Shown here in pieces: positions 62,523 through 64,000 of a stretch of DNA of 64,000 nt (positions within the stretch are counted from its first letter, which is position 1; each line of letters opens with the position of its first letter). The notes under the pieces were generated by a model, which worked only from the letters and a program-made list of their open reading frames with translations, made no database searches and was not told the origin of the DNA. Origin of the DNA: a virus; the IMG/VR virus record IMGVR_UViG_3300037560_000207, positions 32,001 to 96,000 of that record, one strand, 5' to 3'. Made by a program: the position numbers and the translations under genes.

Positions 62523-63529
62523 CTACAACAGTAAAAGAAAAACCAAAAGTAAAAGACGACACAATAAATTTATTTGATGTCGGCGCGCTAGTAAATCTTA
62601 AAATTACCACATGGAGTGCGCGCAAAATGATTACCCGCGCAGATTTAGTCAGGGTTGGATACGATCCAGATAGTCTCCCGGAAGAAATCTGTAATCTTGG
62701 TCGCAAATTACTGGTACCCAAATCGGAAATTCAAAGTCTAACTCAAATCGAACAAAGAGCAAGAAAAGCTCTTGAAAGATTCTCAGTACCATTTGGAATA
62801 GCCTCAGCGCACTTCATTCCTATAAAATTATTGCCCACCGTAGAACAACAGCTAAAAGAACTTAAGAAAGAGTTTTTTACTAGAATTGATAGTTTCATTA
62901 CTCGTTTTAGTGACCTGATTCAAGCGGTCAAAACCTCGCATCCAGATTTCTGGGAAAAATGCTTAAAAAATCACTATCCACCCAACCCCAAAGCTTTACG
63001 GAGTTACTTCCAATTTAATTGGTATATATTCAAAATCTCAGGCATGGATTCTATAAAAGAAACCACTATTGATGAAGTTGTTTCCAAACAAAAGGTCCAA
63101 GATGAGCGAACACAAGAACTGCGAAATCAAATGCAAGTTGAGGTAGGTGGATTTGTTGAAGAATACGTATGCACAATGAGAAATGAAACCATACGATTTT
63201 GTAACCTTATGGAAGCTCGCATCAATGGAAAAGCTTTTGGTGATGAAAACGAAGCTAAAAGGCTTACACCAAAATCCATCGCTTGTTTCCGAAGCTATCT
63301 TGATAGGTTTAGACAAATGAATATATTCGGGGACAATGAAGTTGAAAAAATGCTCTCCGAATTCCGGGATACATTCTTAGACTCTAATATAGCTCCAAAA
63401 GATTTCGAGTCGGCTACTATCAAAAATAGCGTAACACAAGCACTAGAGGCTATTAGAAACAAAGCAGCGTTAGAAGGCTCAAGTAGCAGTAGGTTTATAG
63501 GTGAACTTAAGAGAAGGATAATTTTGTAA
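62519..63529 (+). CDS. DUF3150-like helical protein
   Basis: LVNLKITTWSARK...LGRKLLVP...IEQRARKALERFSVPF...FIP recalled as DUF3150-like; start taken at 62519 after AGGAG. Confidence 0.55.
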   Translation: MTTTVKEKPKVKDDTINLFDVGALVNLKITTWSARKMITRADLVRVGYDPDSLPEEICNLGRKLLVPKSEIQSLTQIEQRARKALERFSVPFGIASAHFIPIKLLPTVEQQLKELKKEFFTRIDSFITRFSDLIQAVKTSHPDFWEKCLKNHYPPNPKALRSYFQFNWYIFKISGMDSIKETTIDEVVSKQKVQDERTQELRNQMQVEVGGFVEEYVCTMRNETIRFCNLMEARINGKAFGDENEAKRLTPKSIACFRSYLDRFRQMNIFGDNEVEKMLSEFRDTFLDSNIAPKDFESATIKNSVTQALEAIRNKAALEGSSSSRFIGELKRRIIL

Positions 63530-63542
63530 AGGAAATGATGGT

Positions 63543-63884
63543 ATGGTAACGAACGATCTAAACAATGCAATAAGATCACTGCAACAATGTAATAATCGCG
63601 TACATATTCTTTATCTCCAGATGAATGAACTATTAAATGATATCGATGACCATCTCAATAATCCCGACGATTATTGCGAAGAATGTGGTGAACTGTATGA
63701 CGATTGTGTCTGTGAAGAAGATGATTATATGGATGACGATTGCTTTGAATGTGGTGGTGATCCTGAGATTTGTGGTTGCTGGGATGATAATGATAATCCA
63801 GGGTGCAATGGTTATGGAACTGAGGTGGTAACTCCACCTCTGAATGCGTTTGCAAGGGCAAGAATATTAAATGAAAATTATTAA
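63543..63884 (+). CDS. Acidic Cys-rich hypothetical protein
   Basis: CEECG...CVC, CFECG...CGC repeats after a coiled coil. Confidence 0.55.
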   Translation: MVTNDLNNAIRSLQQCNNRVHILYLQMNELLNDIDDHLNNPDDYCEECGELYDDCVCEEDDYMDDDCFECGGDPEICGCWDDNDNPGCNGYGTEVVTPPLNAFARARILNENY

Positions 63885-64000
63885 ATACGATAAAAGTCCT
63901 GTGGGTAGAAAGACTGTCGTCCAAATAACCCGTAGCGAAGCAATAACATAATAGCAGCACTTTCTGATAACTTATATCGAAATCAACCACCAAGCAAAGC

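Noticed and set aside
1-64000. Diversity-generating retroelement, retron or integrated prophage boundary
   Set aside because: No reverse transcriptase, TR/VR pair, integrase, att site or host housekeeping block is visible.
1-64000. Archaeal virus origin (suggested by ERCC4 and the intron-like tRNA)
   Set aside because: NAD-dependent ligase, sigma70-type promoter and sigma-like gene, Shine-Dalgarno sites and ClpP all point to a bacterial host; no clear bulge-helix-bulge motif seen.

Overview
This is a 64-kb slice of a large tailed dsDNA bacteriophage genome (standard code 11; no reverse transcriptase, integrase or CRISPR array seen). The left part (1-17.8 kb) is mostly on the minus strand. 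It carries a partial large terminase, an ERCC4 nuclease, gmd plus a glycosyltransferase, a sigma-like protein, a DNA methyltransferase, HNH nucleases, a ClpP-like protease, MazG, an ATP-grasp protein and an SMC/Rad50-like ATPase. At about 17.9 kb the gene orientation flips. The next ~4 kb are saturated with a polar TTATCGGA motif and are followed by ~1.4 kb of hairpin-rich non-coding DNA. From 23 to 47 kb lies a long plus-strand run of small accessory genes, with three tRNAs, a tRNA-like RNA with an elongated anticodon arm, a secreted four-CXXCH cytochrome c, a phosphoribosyltransferase and an RNA ligase. At 47.4-52 kb there is a ubiquitin-like conjugation set (Ubl, E2-like, JAB peptidase, E1/ThiF) split by an antisense HNH gene. 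The right end has an NAD-dependent DNA ligase, an AAA+ ATPase and a DUF3150-like gene. The best leads are the phage-borne Ubl pathway, the polar motif array beside an HTH paralogue of the putative small terminase, the multiheme cytochrome, and a fixed-spacing promoter (GAACAA-N15-GTATAAT). All family calls come from motif recognition by eye and all counts are hand counts; no searches were run.
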